DNA of 64,000 nucleotides from Candidatus Daviesbacteria bacterium (GTDB lineage Bacteria; Patescibacteriota; Microgenomatia; Daviesbacterales; UBA10151), in assembly GCA_028687915.1 (NCBI GenBank), contig JAQTZF010000001.1, forward strand, positions 482,634-546,633. Direction: 5' to 3'. The position numbers and the translations under genes were made by a program. The notes beneath the pieces were generated by a model, which had not been told where the DNA came from, ran no database searches, and saw only the letters and a list, made by a program, of their open reading frames with translations. Positions 49,698 to 59,635 of this stretch are shown here, piece after piece (position 1 is the first letter of the stretch; the number at the start of each line of letters is the position of its first letter).

Positions 49698-50993
49698 ATG
49701 AGTAAAAATGATTATAAAGTAAAAGATATCAAGTTAGCCAAATGGGGGAGAATGGAAATAGTTTTGGCAGAAAAAGAAATGCCAGGATTAATGAGCTTAA
49801 GAAAAGAATTTGGAAAATCTAAGCCTCTTAAGGGTGCTCGTATTGCAGGTTCTTTACATATGACAATTCAAACTGCAGTACTTATTGAGACTTTACAGGC
49901 TCTTGGTGCAGAGGTCAGATGGTCATCTTGTAATATTTTCTCAACTCAAGATCATGCAGCGGCGGCGATAGCTGCTAAAGGCACGCCAGTTTTTGCGTGG
50001 AAAGGTGAAACAGAAAAAGAATATTGGTGGTGCATTGAACAGTCTCTAAAGTTTGCAAAAGGGAAGGGACCAAATATGTTGTTGGATGATGGAGGGGATT
50101 TAACAAGTTTTGTCCATGAAAAATACCCAGAAATGTTAGAAGATATTAAAGGTGTTTCTGAGGAAACAACCACAGGAGTTCATCATCTTTACCAAATGTT
50201 AAAAGAAGAGAAACTAAAAATTCCTGCTATTAATGTTAATGATAGTGTTACTAAGTCTAAGTTTGATAATTTGTATGGTTGCAGAGAGTCTTTGACTGAT
50301 GGAATAAAAAGGGCTACAGATATTATGCTTGCTGGAAAGCAGGCTGTTGTGGCTGGCTATGGGGATGTAGGTAAGGGTAGTGCTGAATCGCTTAGGGCCT
50401 TTGGTTGTAGAGTAATGATTACAGAAATTGATCCAATTTGTGCTCTTCAAGCTTTGATGGCTGGGTATAGTGTAGTTACTATGGAAACTGCTGTAAAAGA
50501 AGCTGATATTTTTGTGACTGCTACAGGATGTAAAGACATTATTACTTTAGAACATATGTTAAAAATGAAAGACACTGCAATTGTGTGTAATATAGGTCAT
50601 TTTGATGTTGAAATTCAAATGGATCAGCTAAATAAATACCCAAAGATTAAGAAAGAAGAAATTAAGCCACAGGTTGATTTGTATACATTTCCTGACGGAC
50701 ATAGAATTATTGTTTTAGCTGAGGGTAGACTGGTGAATTTGGGTTGTGGTACAGGACATCCCTCATTTGTAATGTCTAACTCATTTACTAACCAGGTTTT
50801 GGCACAAATAGAATTATTTACTAAAAATTATGAGGTTGGAGTATACAGACTACCTAAACATCTTGATGAAAAGGTAGCAAGTTTACACTTGGAACAATTG
50901 GGTGCCAAGTTAACGAAGCTTAATAGTGATCAGGCAGAATATTTAAATATTCCTAAGGGTGGTCCTTTTAAATCAGATCATTATCGTTATTAA
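49698..50993 (+). CDS. ahcY: adenosylhomocysteinase (S-adenosyl-L-homocysteine hydrolase)
   Basis: [21 protein letters not shown]...[18 protein letters not shown]...[13 protein letters not shown]. Closely resembles eukaryote/bacterial type AhcY and carries an NAD-binding domain. Confidence 0.9.
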   Translation: MSKNDYKVKDIKLAKWGRMEIVLAEKEMPGLMSLRKEFGKSKPLKGARIAGSLHMTIQTAVLIETLQALGAEVRWSSCNIFSTQDHAAAAIAAKGTPVFAWKGETEKEYWWCIEQSLKFAKGKGPNMLLDDGGDLTSFVHEKYPEMLEDIKGVSEETTTGVHHLYQMLKEEKLKIPAINVNDSVTKSKFDNLYGCRESLTDGIKRATDIMLAGKQAVVAGYGDVGKGSAESLRAFGCRVMITEIDPICALQALMAGYSVVTMETAVKEADIFVTATGCKDIITLEHMLKMKDTAIVCNIGHFDVEIQMDQLNKYPKIKKEEIKPQVDLYTFPDGHRIIVLAEGRLVNLGCGTGHPSFVMSNSFTNQVLAQIELFTKNYEVGVYRLPKHLDEKVASLHLEQLGAKLTKLNSDQAEYLNIPKGGPFKSDHYRY

Positions 50994-51088
50994 TCCCTCT
51001 TAACAACTCCCTCAGATAATATTAAGATATTATATGAGGACTGGAGGTAAATATTTTTCAAAGCTTAATAAGGAATAAGTTTATTCTT

Positions 51089-52201
51089 TTGTCCTATATC
51101 TTTTGGTTATTATTTCTATTATCTACCCTGTCTATTGGTAATAAGGTGTTGCTTTATAGATCAGGTCAGGAGTTTACTAATATTTTAAAGACAACAACAC
51201 CTGAGTCTTTTGTCACCTCTCCCTTAATTTATCCATGGGCAAACTTTGATGGTGTCCATTACATAGAAATCGCTAAATTTGGGTATACTACAGAAGCAGG
51301 CTTTTTTCCTTTATATCCAATTCTAATAAAAATTCTCAGTCTTTTTATTGGTAATTATTTTATAGCTGCAATATTAATTTCTAATACTTCTTTCGTAGTT
51401 GGTTTAATATTTTTTCATAAACTAATAAAGCTGGATTATCCTAATAAAATTGCAAATCAGGCAATAATATTTTTGTTAATATTCCCTACATCTTTTTTCT
51501 TTGCTGCTGCATATAGTGAAAGTCTTTTTTTAGCTTTACTTATGTCATGTCTATATTTCACCAGAAAAAGAATGTGGTTTTTGGCTAGCATATTGGGGTT
51601 GCTTTTATCTTCAACAAGAATAGTTGGAATTTTAATATTACCAGTCCTGTTTTGGGAATTTTATACTTTGGAAAAAACAAATTTTAAAAATATATCTCTT
51701 AAACTGATATCACTTTTTTTAGTTCCACTAGGATTACTTTCTTATATGATATTCAATTACATTCACTGGGGAAATTTCATGTATTTTATTAAGGCTCAGG
51801 GTATGTTTAGTAATAATAGAAGTGTAGATCAGGTGATATTATTTCCTCAGACACTTTTTCGTTATTCCAAAATAATTGCAACAGTGCCATATCAACAATA
51901 TGAATGGTGGATTGCACTAGTTGAGTTAAGCTTAACATTTTTTGTTTTGACTTTATTGTTATTTGGATTTAAACAAAGAATGAGGATTTCCTATTTAATT
52001 TTTAGTATTTTAGTATTGCTTCTACCTATATCATCAGGTACATTAAGTGGTATGCCAAGGTATGTATTAATGACGTTTCCAATATATATAACAATTGCCT
52101 TGTTTAAAAATAAGTATTTAAAAATTACTTACTTTATATTGTGTTTATTTTTATTAACAATATTATGGACATTATTTACTAAAGGATATTATGTGGCCTA
52201 A
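51089..52201 (+). CDS. polytopic membrane protein, GT-C-like (PIG-V/DUF2029-like), paralog of 2217..3368
   Basis: WANFDGVHYIEIAKFGYTTEAGFFPLYP. TTG start inferred, no in-frame ATG; AGGA sits 14 nt upstream. Confidence 0.45.
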   Translation: MSYIFWLLFLLSTLSIGNKVLLYRSGQEFTNILKTTTPESFVTSPLIYPWANFDGVHYIEIAKFGYTTEAGFFPLYPILIKILSLFIGNYFIAAILISNTSFVVGLIFFHKLIKLDYPNKIANQAIIFLLIFPTSFFFAAAYSESLFLALLMSCLYFTRKRMWFLASILGLLLSSTRIVGILILPVLFWEFYTLEKTNFKNISLKLISLFLVPLGLLSYMIFNYIHWGNFMYFIKAQGMFSNNRSVDQVILFPQTLFRYSKIIATVPYQQYEWWIALVELSLTFFVLTLLLFGFKQRMRISYLIFSILVLLLPISSGTLSGMPRYVLMTFPIYITIALFKNKYLKITYFILCLFLLTILWTLFTKGYYVA

Positions 52202-53630
52202 TAGATTTAATATTATTATTGTAACTTTGCTAGCTTTATTAATTAGATTGATAAGTTTAAATCAAAGTTTATGGTGGGATGAGGCTATTAATGTTGTATA
52301 TGCAAGACAAAGTGGCTTTTTATGGTTTATTACAAGATATCCGTTAGGTGATTTTCACCCCCCTGGTTGGTTTGCACTTCTTTGGAGTTGGGGAAATTTA
52401 TTTGGCTGGTCAGAAGTATCTGTAAGAATGCCGTCAGTTCTTTTTGGGGTAGGTGCTGTTTATGTAACTTACCTAATAGGTGAGAAGCTTTTTTCAAAGA
52501 AGATTGGGCTGCTTTCAGCTTTGATGTTAGCGTTTGCCCCCTTACATATATATTATTCACAAGAAGCAAGAATGTATGCTTTTGGTGCGTTTGCAGTAAC
52601 ATTTTCCATTTACAGTTTAGTGAGGTTTATTAAAGAAGAAAAATATAGTTTTATGTTTTTTGCCTTATCAGTAGCTTTAGTTTTGTATTCGGATTACGTT
52701 ACATACTTTATTTTTCCTGTTTTGTTTATCTATATGATGTGTTTTTATAGGCAATTGATGGGAAGGTTTGTATCTTCATTTGCCTTTGGTATTGTTTTTT
52801 TCATTCCCTGGGTCTTTATATTTCCAGATCAATTAATGAATGGGCAGCGTACTGCTTTGTCCCTCTTGGGATGGGGGAATGTAGTTGGGGGGAGTTCTAT
52901 TAAAGAGCTTATACTTCTTCCGATTAAAGTTTTGGTAGGGAAGGTCGATTTGTACAATAATTTTTTATATGTAGGATTAATCATAGTTACAACTACGCCA
53001 TTTTTAATTACGTTTATTAAATTAAGGAAGGTTTTAGATAGTAGGTATTATCTAATTTTATTATGGTTATTGGTTACACCTATATTAGTCTGGATATTTT
53101 CTTTTATTATTCCGATATTTTCATATTTTCGTCTTTTATATATTTTACCTGCTTTTTATATTGCTGTTTCAGTTTGCCTATACAGATTTTCTAAAACTTC
53201 TTTTCAGATACTCATATTTTTTATTTTAACTTTTGAGGTGCTTCTTAGTTCTGTCTATCTTTTTAACGTAAATTATCATCGGGAAGATTGGAGAGGTGCT
53301 GTACAATTCGTTGACCAGAAAATGAATGATGATTCATTAGTTATTTTTAGAAACAGCGAAATTGCTGCGCCGTATAACTATTATAGTAGGTTCCTGCAAC
53401 TTGCAATTCCAGCATATAAGGTAGTTCCAGTTAAAACAAAAAATGATATCCAAGACTTAAACAATGTTCTACAAGGTAGGACACAAATATATTTATTTGA
53501 CTACCTTAAAGATATAACAGATCCGGACAATATACTTGAAACGTATATTGAGGAAAATAGATTTAAAAAAATATCAATAGATAATTTTAACGGTGTTGGT
53601 TTTATTACAACTTACAGAAAAAATGATTAA
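52191..53630 (+). CDS. ArnT/PMT_2-family GT-C glycosyltransferase (GT83/GT39-like)
   Basis: LISLNQSLWWDEAINVVYARQ carries the family's conserved DE motif in the first extracytoplasmic loop. Confidence 0.6.
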   Translation: MWPNRFNIIIVTLLALLIRLISLNQSLWWDEAINVVYARQSGFLWFITRYPLGDFHPPGWFALLWSWGNLFGWSEVSVRMPSVLFGVGAVYVTYLIGEKLFSKKIGLLSALMLAFAPLHIYYSQEARMYAFGAFAVTFSIYSLVRFIKEEKYSFMFFALSVALVLYSDYVTYFIFPVLFIYMMCFYRQLMGRFVSSFAFGIVFFIPWVFIFPDQLMNGQRTALSLLGWGNVVGGSSIKELILLPIKVLVGKVDLYNNFLYVGLIIVTTTPFLITFIKLRKVLDSRYYLILLWLLVTPILVWIFSFIIPIFSYFRLLYILPAFYIAVSVCLYRFSKTSFQILIFFILTFEVLLSSVYLFNVNYHREDWRGAVQFVDQKMNDDSLVIFRNSEIAAPYNYYSRFLQLAIPAYKVVPVKTKNDIQDLNNVLQGRTQIYLFDYLKDITDPDNILETYIEENRFKKISIDNFNGVGFITTYRKND

Positions 53631-55152
53631 GAATGTAACTAAAAAAGTAAATATTGGTATATTTTTGATTTTTTTGTTGGCTGTAATAATTAGATTTTTA
53701 TACTTTCCAAACAATGTTTATTTTGGGTATGATCAGGCAAGGGATGCTTATACTGTACAGGAGATATTAAGTGGACAGTTAAAAATAGTTGGACCCCCTT
53801 CAGCTGACGGAGTATTCCATCATGGTGTTTTGTACTATTATATTTTTGCATTTTTTTATTTTATCTCAGGAGGTGATCCGGCAGCCGTAGCAGCATTTCT
53901 AAGGATTTTTAATGCTATGGGCGTATTTATACTTTACCCGATTGTGGTCATCTTATTTGGAGAAATAGCAGCTTTTTCCGCAATTATTTTATATGCTGTT
54001 TCTTATGAACAAACACAATTCTCACTTTTTCTTAATCATCCGTCCTTAGTGGTTATATCTGTGCTCTTCTTTTTCTTCGGTTTAGCTAATTGGATCTTCA
54101 GAAAGAAGAATTGGGGATTTTGGATAGCGCTTCTGGGAATGGGTTTTTCTATCCAATTTCAATTTATAGAGGTTCAACTAATACCAGTATTTATACTGTT
54201 CCTCATAGTATTTAGAAAAAAAATAAGACTAAGATTTAATAAGAGCCTATTGATAGGCATGTTAGCTTTTATATTGCCTCTGTCTACATATATTATTTCA
54301 GAGATAATTCATCGTTTCTTCGTGTCAAAACAAATCTTAAACTTTTTTTATAATCACGAGAAGGCTAGTTCTGTATCTATAAGTTTTTCTAAATTTAGCT
54401 TTTTTATCACAAGGCATATACACGATAATCTTATATCTAATAATATCGGTAGTATAATATTGGCTGTAATTCTATTATTTTTATTTATTAAGTTTATATT
54501 TAAGAGTAAATATAAGGAATATCTGCTTTTTATTTTGGTATGGTTTGCAGGTGGATTTTTAATATACTTTTTTACAGATAATGATGCATATTACTATAAT
54601 ACAGGAACATCACTAGCTCTTCTTATATTTGTTTCTTTTCTAGTTAGTAAACTTTACATATTTAGAAAATGGTTAGCTTTTTTAATTTTGATTTTAATAT
54701 TTTTTTCAAATGTCTTTTTAATTACTAAGAATAATCCTTTTGGACCTAATGAAAGAATTAATCCACAAAAAGGCCTTACCTTAGAGGATGAGAAAAGAAT
54801 AGTAGATTTTATATACCAGAAAGCTTCAGATAAAGCATTTAGCGTTAATGCACTGACAATGCCCTACAATGTTAATACAACCTGGAGTTACCTTTTTGAA
54901 TGGTATGGTAAGAAAAGATATGGTTATGTTCCTGTTTGGGGTGGTGATGCAGCTTCTGGTTATTACGGAAGCTTAAAAGTTAATACTGCCCGAAGCACTC
55001 TACCACAAAAACGTTTTTTAATAATTGAACCAAAAGAAGGAATTCCTTTGTATTTAGTAACCAGCTTTTTAGAAAATGAAAGTATATATAGCACTGTTAA
55101 AGAAAAGCATAAAGTTGGAACGATGGAAGTTTGGGTTCAAGAAGCAAAGTAA
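53623..55152 (+). CDS. polytopic membrane protein, GT-C-like (paralog family B)
   Basis: YFGYDQARDAYTVQEILSGQLKIVGPPSADGVFHHGVLYYY, paralogous to 55168..56718. The ATG at 53623 gives an 8-nt overlap. Confidence 0.4.
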   Translation: MIKNVTKKVNIGIFLIFLLAVIIRFLYFPNNVYFGYDQARDAYTVQEILSGQLKIVGPPSADGVFHHGVLYYYIFAFFYFISGGDPAAVAAFLRIFNAMGVFILYPIVVILFGEIAAFSAIILYAVSYEQTQFSLFLNHPSLVVISVLFFFFGLANWIFRKKNWGFWIALLGMGFSIQFQFIEVQLIPVFILFLIVFRKKIRLRFNKSLLIGMLAFILPLSTYIISEIIHRFFVSKQILNFFYNHEKASSVSISFSKFSFFITRHIHDNLISNNIGSIILAVILLFLFIKFIFKSKYKEYLLFILVWFAGGFLIYFFTDNDAYYYNTGTSLALLIFVSFLVSKLYIFRKWLAFLILILIFFSNVFLITKNNPFGPNERINPQKGLTLEDEKRIVDFIYQKASDKAFSVNALTMPYNVNTTWSYLFEWYGKKRYGYVPVWGGDAASGYYGSLKVNTARSTLPQKRFLIIEPKEGIPLYLVTSFLENESIYSTVKEKHKVGTMEVWVQEAK

Positions 55153-55167
55153 TGTAGAATAATATTT

Positions 55168-56718
55168 ATGAAGATATTTAAAATTATTGTTTTTATATTA
55201 ATTATTTTTAATATATTTTTGGCATCTCGTTGGGCAATTGACGGAAATCTTTTCTTTCACACAGATATTGCAAGAGACTTTTTATTAATTGAAGATATTG
55301 TTAGTAATAAACATTTGACTTTAATTGGTCCTAGATCAGGTGCTATTCCTGGCGTGTTTCATGGACCGCTATGGTTATATTTAAATGTTCCCGCTTTTGT
55401 TTTGGGTAATGGTAATCCAGCTATTGTTGCATGGTTTTGGGTAGTTTTGTATTTATTCAGTCTTGTTTTTATATATTATGCTGGTAAAAAGATTTTTGAT
55501 GAGAAAACTGGTTTACTTAGTGCTTTAATGCTTTCTTCCGCAACTGTTTTACAAGTTAGGTCTGCTTTTAATCCATATGGAGCTATGCTGCTTTTGCCTT
55601 TATATTTATATGCTTTCTCCGTTTACCTTAAAAATAAAAATGTGAAAGTTTTGATTTTATCTTTTTTTATTTTAGGTTTAATTATTCAGTTTCAAATGGC
55701 TTTTGGAATACCAATTCTAGTTATAACTATGATTTATTTATGTTGGTTTTTATTGAGTGTACATAAAATTAGACATATTTTTTCTTCCCTGGTTTTAGCA
55801 ATACCTTTATCTACCTTTTTCTTGTTTGATATTCGTAATAATTTTTTACAAGTCCGATCTGTAATAAATTATTTAACAGGGGTTGAAAATCACGGCAAAA
55901 TAGATTTGAACTTTTCTCAGCTTGCCAGTCTTCGTTTTCAGGAAAGTATATTGGCAGGACTCGGTGAAATTACATTACATCAGAATATTTTGACTATATT
56001 TTTAGTTTTATTTTTATTAATTACATTACTTATTCTCATCAAAAACAAACAATTATTAATCATTCACAAATTATTTATATTCTTTTATGGGGGGTTTTGG
56101 TTATTAACATTTTTATTTAAGGGTCCAATTTGGAACTATTACTATACTCCGTTTATCCCTATGATAATCTTAGTTTTCTGTTCTCTACGTAAAGTACTAG
56201 ATCAAAAAGTTTTTTATTTTATTTTTGCTTTAATTTTTATATTTAACTTTCAATCAAATTTTAAAGATATTATTTCATATAATCCAAACGCCAAAGATCA
56301 GGACACAAGCACTTGGAAATTTAATTATCTTGTGGCAGAAAAAAGTTTTTCCGGACGTGAAAAAGAATTTGGGTTTTATATATTTACACCTGATTTATAT
56401 GGTTATTCACCACGTTATGCAATGAATTATTATCAAAAAATTACAAAGGATAAAAAATCATATCCATTTGATAAGAAACAGATTACCTATTTATTAATTG
56501 CTCCTCCTCCAGAATATGGTAAGGATCCAAATAGTATTTGGTATCAAAAAAATATTAATAGTGATACATGGAAAAATAATGATGTAAGAATTAATAAGAA
56601 CGCAGATGAAGTAACAAGTTTTTCAAATGGTTTTAAATTAGAAAAATATATACTTAGTGACACTTTGGTAAAAGTCCAATCTAATCAATTCCTTATACAG
56701 TCAATATTTTTTAGATGA
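55168..56718 (+). CDS. polytopic membrane protein, GT-C-like (paralog family B)
   Basis: FFHTDIARDFLLIEDIVSNKHLTLIGPRSGAIPGVFHGPLWLY. Confidence 0.4.
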   Translation: MKIFKIIVFILIIFNIFLASRWAIDGNLFFHTDIARDFLLIEDIVSNKHLTLIGPRSGAIPGVFHGPLWLYLNVPAFVLGNGNPAIVAWFWVVLYLFSLVFIYYAGKKIFDEKTGLLSALMLSSATVLQVRSAFNPYGAMLLLPLYLYAFSVYLKNKNVKVLILSFFILGLIIQFQMAFGIPILVITMIYLCWFLLSVHKIRHIFSSLVLAIPLSTFFLFDIRNNFLQVRSVINYLTGVENHGKIDLNFSQLASLRFQESILAGLGEITLHQNILTIFLVLFLLITLLILIKNKQLLIIHKLFIFFYGGFWLLTFLFKGPIWNYYYTPFIPMIILVFCSLRKVLDQKVFYFIFALIFIFNFQSNFKDIISYNPNAKDQDTSTWKFNYLVAEKSFSGREKEFGFYIFTPDLYGYSPRYAMNYYQKITKDKKSYPFDKKQITYLLIAPPPEYGKDPNSIWYQKNINSDTWKNNDVRINKNADEVTSFSNGFKLEKYILSDTLVKVQSNQFLIQSIFFR

Positions 56719-58577
56719 TGTTTAAAAGAGCTGTTATTGGATTATTGATAATATCTTCTTTTTTATTTGTAAATCCTCATAAGACTGATGCGCAGCAAAA
56801 TAATATTAATTGTTCAAATCGTTTTGTGACAGCTGTTAATCCTGTAAGGTCTAGGCAATTATGGATAGATAAGACATTGAAGCCAATACAAGATCAATAT
56901 AATTTAGTTGTAAATAATAATTTTCCTACCACCTGGTTAATACAAAACGATGTGCTTTATGATGATGAACTTTTAAATAAAATTAAGTCTTTTAATAGAA
57001 CCCAAGAATTTGGATTGTTGCTCGAAGTATCTGATCAGTTAGCTAAAAATGCCAGAGTTCTCTATCCTCCTTTTGTGCCTTGGTATAATCCAAAAGCAGT
57101 TTTCTTATCAGGTTATACTCAATCAGAGAGGCGTCTTTTAATAGACAAAATGTTTAAGGATTTCTTTCAAATTTTTGGATATTATCCCAAGAGTGTTGGT
57201 GCTTGGTGGATTGACTCATATTCATTGGATTATTTAAAAGAAAAATATGGAGTTACAGCAGCCTTAATAGTTGCCGATCAAAGAAATACAGATAGCTATG
57301 GTGTTTGGGGACAATGGTGGAGTGTTCCTTATTTTCCATCTAAAGCAAACATACTTACTCCTGCAAGTTCTTTAACTAATAAGCAACCAATTACAATTTT
57401 ACAATGGGCTCAGCGTGATCCTGTGCTTGCTTATGAGGCAGATTATCATTCGAGTTATTCATTACAGGCAAATGATTATACTTTGCTTGGTAAAGATATT
57501 AATTATTTTAAGAATTTAGTAAATGTCTATTTGGATTGTCAAAATAGGGTAGGACAAATCACTATTGGTTTAGAAACTGGAATGGAGAGCATAAGAAGTC
57601 TTCCTGAATATGAAAGACAACTACAATATTTAAAATCTATAAATTTTCTTAATCCTGTAACTATGTCTCAATTTGCAGAACAATATTCCAGGATTTATCC
57701 GGAATATCAAAAAGAATCTACAGTATCTTACTTGGGGTATACATGGAAGTTAACAACATCCGGTCGGGATAATGATAAATTAAATGAACATATAAAATAT
57801 CAGCAAGATTTAGCATTCCAGGATTATTTTCTTCCTAGTCAAAGCAGCTTTTTAGATCGAAAACTACCAATTAGTAATACTATCTCAAATTCTGGTCCAT
57901 TATATCTTTATATTGGAACGTTTGTTTTTTGGGGTGTTTTCTTATTTATAAGAAGAAAAGTTAAGCTTCTTTTTGTAAGCACTCTATTTGTAATTGCATC
58001 TTTTGGTTTGATATTAAGATCCACTATGCAATTTGGGTGGTTTGTGTTTTATGGACCGGTTATAAAAGATTTACCAGTACTTCAGCTTGTAATAACTTTT
58101 TTTGGTTATTTACTTATCTTCTTTATTGATCGTTTTTTGCCCAAGGATTTAAGAAAATACCTTTATCTAATTCCTCTAACTTTTGGGCTGGACAGCGTAG
58201 TTCATTATTTAAGATTTAGTTTTATTTCTAATAGATACTATTTGGGAATTCTTACTGATGCTTTTCATTTCTTTGGAATATCTTTTGAAAAACCATTTAT
58301 TTTTTCTTTAGTTAATCAGGATCTTCCATCTTATCAGGCAGTTGCGTTATTACACTTTGATTATAATTTGGTTTGGCAAAATTTTTGGTTTGCAATAATT
58401 GCATTTCCACTTGTTCATCTAATTTTGGCATTAATTTTAGGATTATTTTTAAGACTGCTTTCTGCCAGGATTAGGATATTTATTATTACTATTTTAATTA
58501 TGCTCTTGACCTTGTATTTGTTTAACATGTGGTTATCAGATCCACGTGCAGCCGTAATTTCTGCTACAATTAAATGA
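56715..58577 (+). CDS. secreted/anchored protein: signal peptide + ~380 aa extracytoplasmic domain + C-terminal multi-TM domain
   Basis: MMFKRAVIGLLIISSFLFVNPHKTDAQ signal-like N-terminus; Trp-rich soluble domain; 5-6 C-terminal TM helices. Confidence 0.35.
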   Translation: MMFKRAVIGLLIISSFLFVNPHKTDAQQNNINCSNRFVTAVNPVRSRQLWIDKTLKPIQDQYNLVVNNNFPTTWLIQNDVLYDDELLNKIKSFNRTQEFGLLLEVSDQLAKNARVLYPPFVPWYNPKAVFLSGYTQSERRLLIDKMFKDFFQIFGYYPKSVGAWWIDSYSLDYLKEKYGVTAALIVADQRNTDSYGVWGQWWSVPYFPSKANILTPASSLTNKQPITILQWAQRDPVLAYEADYHSSYSLQANDYTLLGKDINYFKNLVNVYLDCQNRVGQITIGLETGMESIRSLPEYERQLQYLKSINFLNPVTMSQFAEQYSRIYPEYQKESTVSYLGYTWKLTTSGRDNDKLNEHIKYQQDLAFQDYFLPSQSSFLDRKLPISNTISNSGPLYLYIGTFVFWGVFLFIRRKVKLLFVSTLFVIASFGLILRSTMQFGWFVFYGPVIKDLPVLQLVITFFGYLLIFFIDRFLPKDLRKYLYLIPLTFGLDSVVHYLRFSFISNRYYLGILTDAFHFFGISFEKPFIFSLVNQDLPSYQAVALLHFDYNLVWQNFWFAIIAFPLVHLILALILGLFLRLLSARIRIFIITILIMLLTLYLFNMWLSDPRAAVISATIK

Positions 58578-59593
58578 TGAAGGTTGGTTTTGATATTTCT
58601 CAGATAGCATATAGAGGTGGGGTGGTAACTTATACAAAAAGTCTAGCGAAAGAATTACAAAAGAATCCTCAACTTGATATGAAGTTTTTTTATGCTTCAC
58701 TGCGAAAGCCTTATCAGGGTAGTTTAGCTAATGTAAAAAATTTTAAAATACCCAGTTCTTTATCTGAAATATTTTTTAATAGAATCAGAATGACCCCTAT
58801 TGAGAGATTTCTTGGACCAATTGATATTTTTCATTCTTCAGATTGGATTCAACCACCAACGAAAGCAAAAAAAGTAACCACCTATCATGATGTTGTACCT
58901 TTGAAATATCCTCAATGGTCAACCCCAAAAATAGTTGAAGTACATAAAAGAAGATTAAAAATTGTAGAAAAAGAAATTGATATGGTAATTGCTGTCTCAA
59001 ATGCTACAAAAAAAGATCTTTTAGAAAATTCTATTATTCCAGAAGAGAAAATAAGGGTTATTTATGAGGCTGCAGATGCTAAATTTAAGCCACAAGATAA
59101 AAGTGAAATTGAAGCTTTTAAGAGAAAGCTGAAGTTACCGGAGGGTTACGTTCTGGCTATTGGTGGAGTGGGAGAAAGAAGAAATTTAGATAGAATTAAA
59201 GAAGCCTCAAAAGGCTATAATCTGGTTATTACAGGAGAAACGATTCCATGGTTATCGGATGATGATTTACCTCTACTATATGCAGGAGCTAGTGTTTTAT
59301 TATATCCCTCTTTTTATGAAGGTTTTGGTTTGCCAATATTGGAGGCTATGAGTTGTGAAACTCCTGTAATTACTTCAAATATATCATCAATGCCTGAAGT
59401 TGGAGGGGAAGCAGCCCTTTCTGTTAATCCTGAAGATGAAAATGAAATAAAGAAAAGGTTAAAGCAGGTAATAGAGGATAGTGATTTGAGAACGCAGTTA
59501 ATTAAGAAAGGGCTTGAGCAAGCAAAGAAATTCTCCTGGGAAAAGTGTGCAAAAGAGACTTTTGAAATTTACCAGCAATTAACAAGGGTATAA
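58574..59593 (+). CDS. glycosyltransferase family 4
   Basis: YEGFGLPILEAMSCETPVITSNISSMPEV, near-identical to the motif in 1157..2215. Confidence 0.75.
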   Translation: MMKVGFDISQIAYRGGVVTYTKSLAKELQKNPQLDMKFFYASLRKPYQGSLANVKNFKIPSSLSEIFFNRIRMTPIERFLGPIDIFHSSDWIQPPTKAKKVTTYHDVVPLKYPQWSTPKIVEVHKRRLKIVEKEIDMVIAVSNATKKDLLENSIIPEEKIRVIYEAADAKFKPQDKSEIEAFKRKLKLPEGYVLAIGGVGERRNLDRIKEASKGYNLVITGETIPWLSDDDLPLLYAGASVLLYPSFYEGFGLPILEAMSCETPVITSNISSMPEVGGEAALSVNPEDENEIKKRLKQVIEDSDLRTQLIKKGLEQAKKFSWEKCAKETFEIYQQLTRV

Positions 59594-59635
59594 CTTGCAA
59601 GAGTTTTAAGCGGGATGAAATAGAGACACTATAGT

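Noticed and set aside
50994-51088. 95-nt gap after ahcY as a possible small RNA or terminator
   Set aside because: No convincing GC-rich hairpin followed by a U-tract is present. The region contains AGGA/GGAGG-like purine runs and is more simply the 5'-UTR and RBS of the TTG-initiated membrane-protein gene at 51089.
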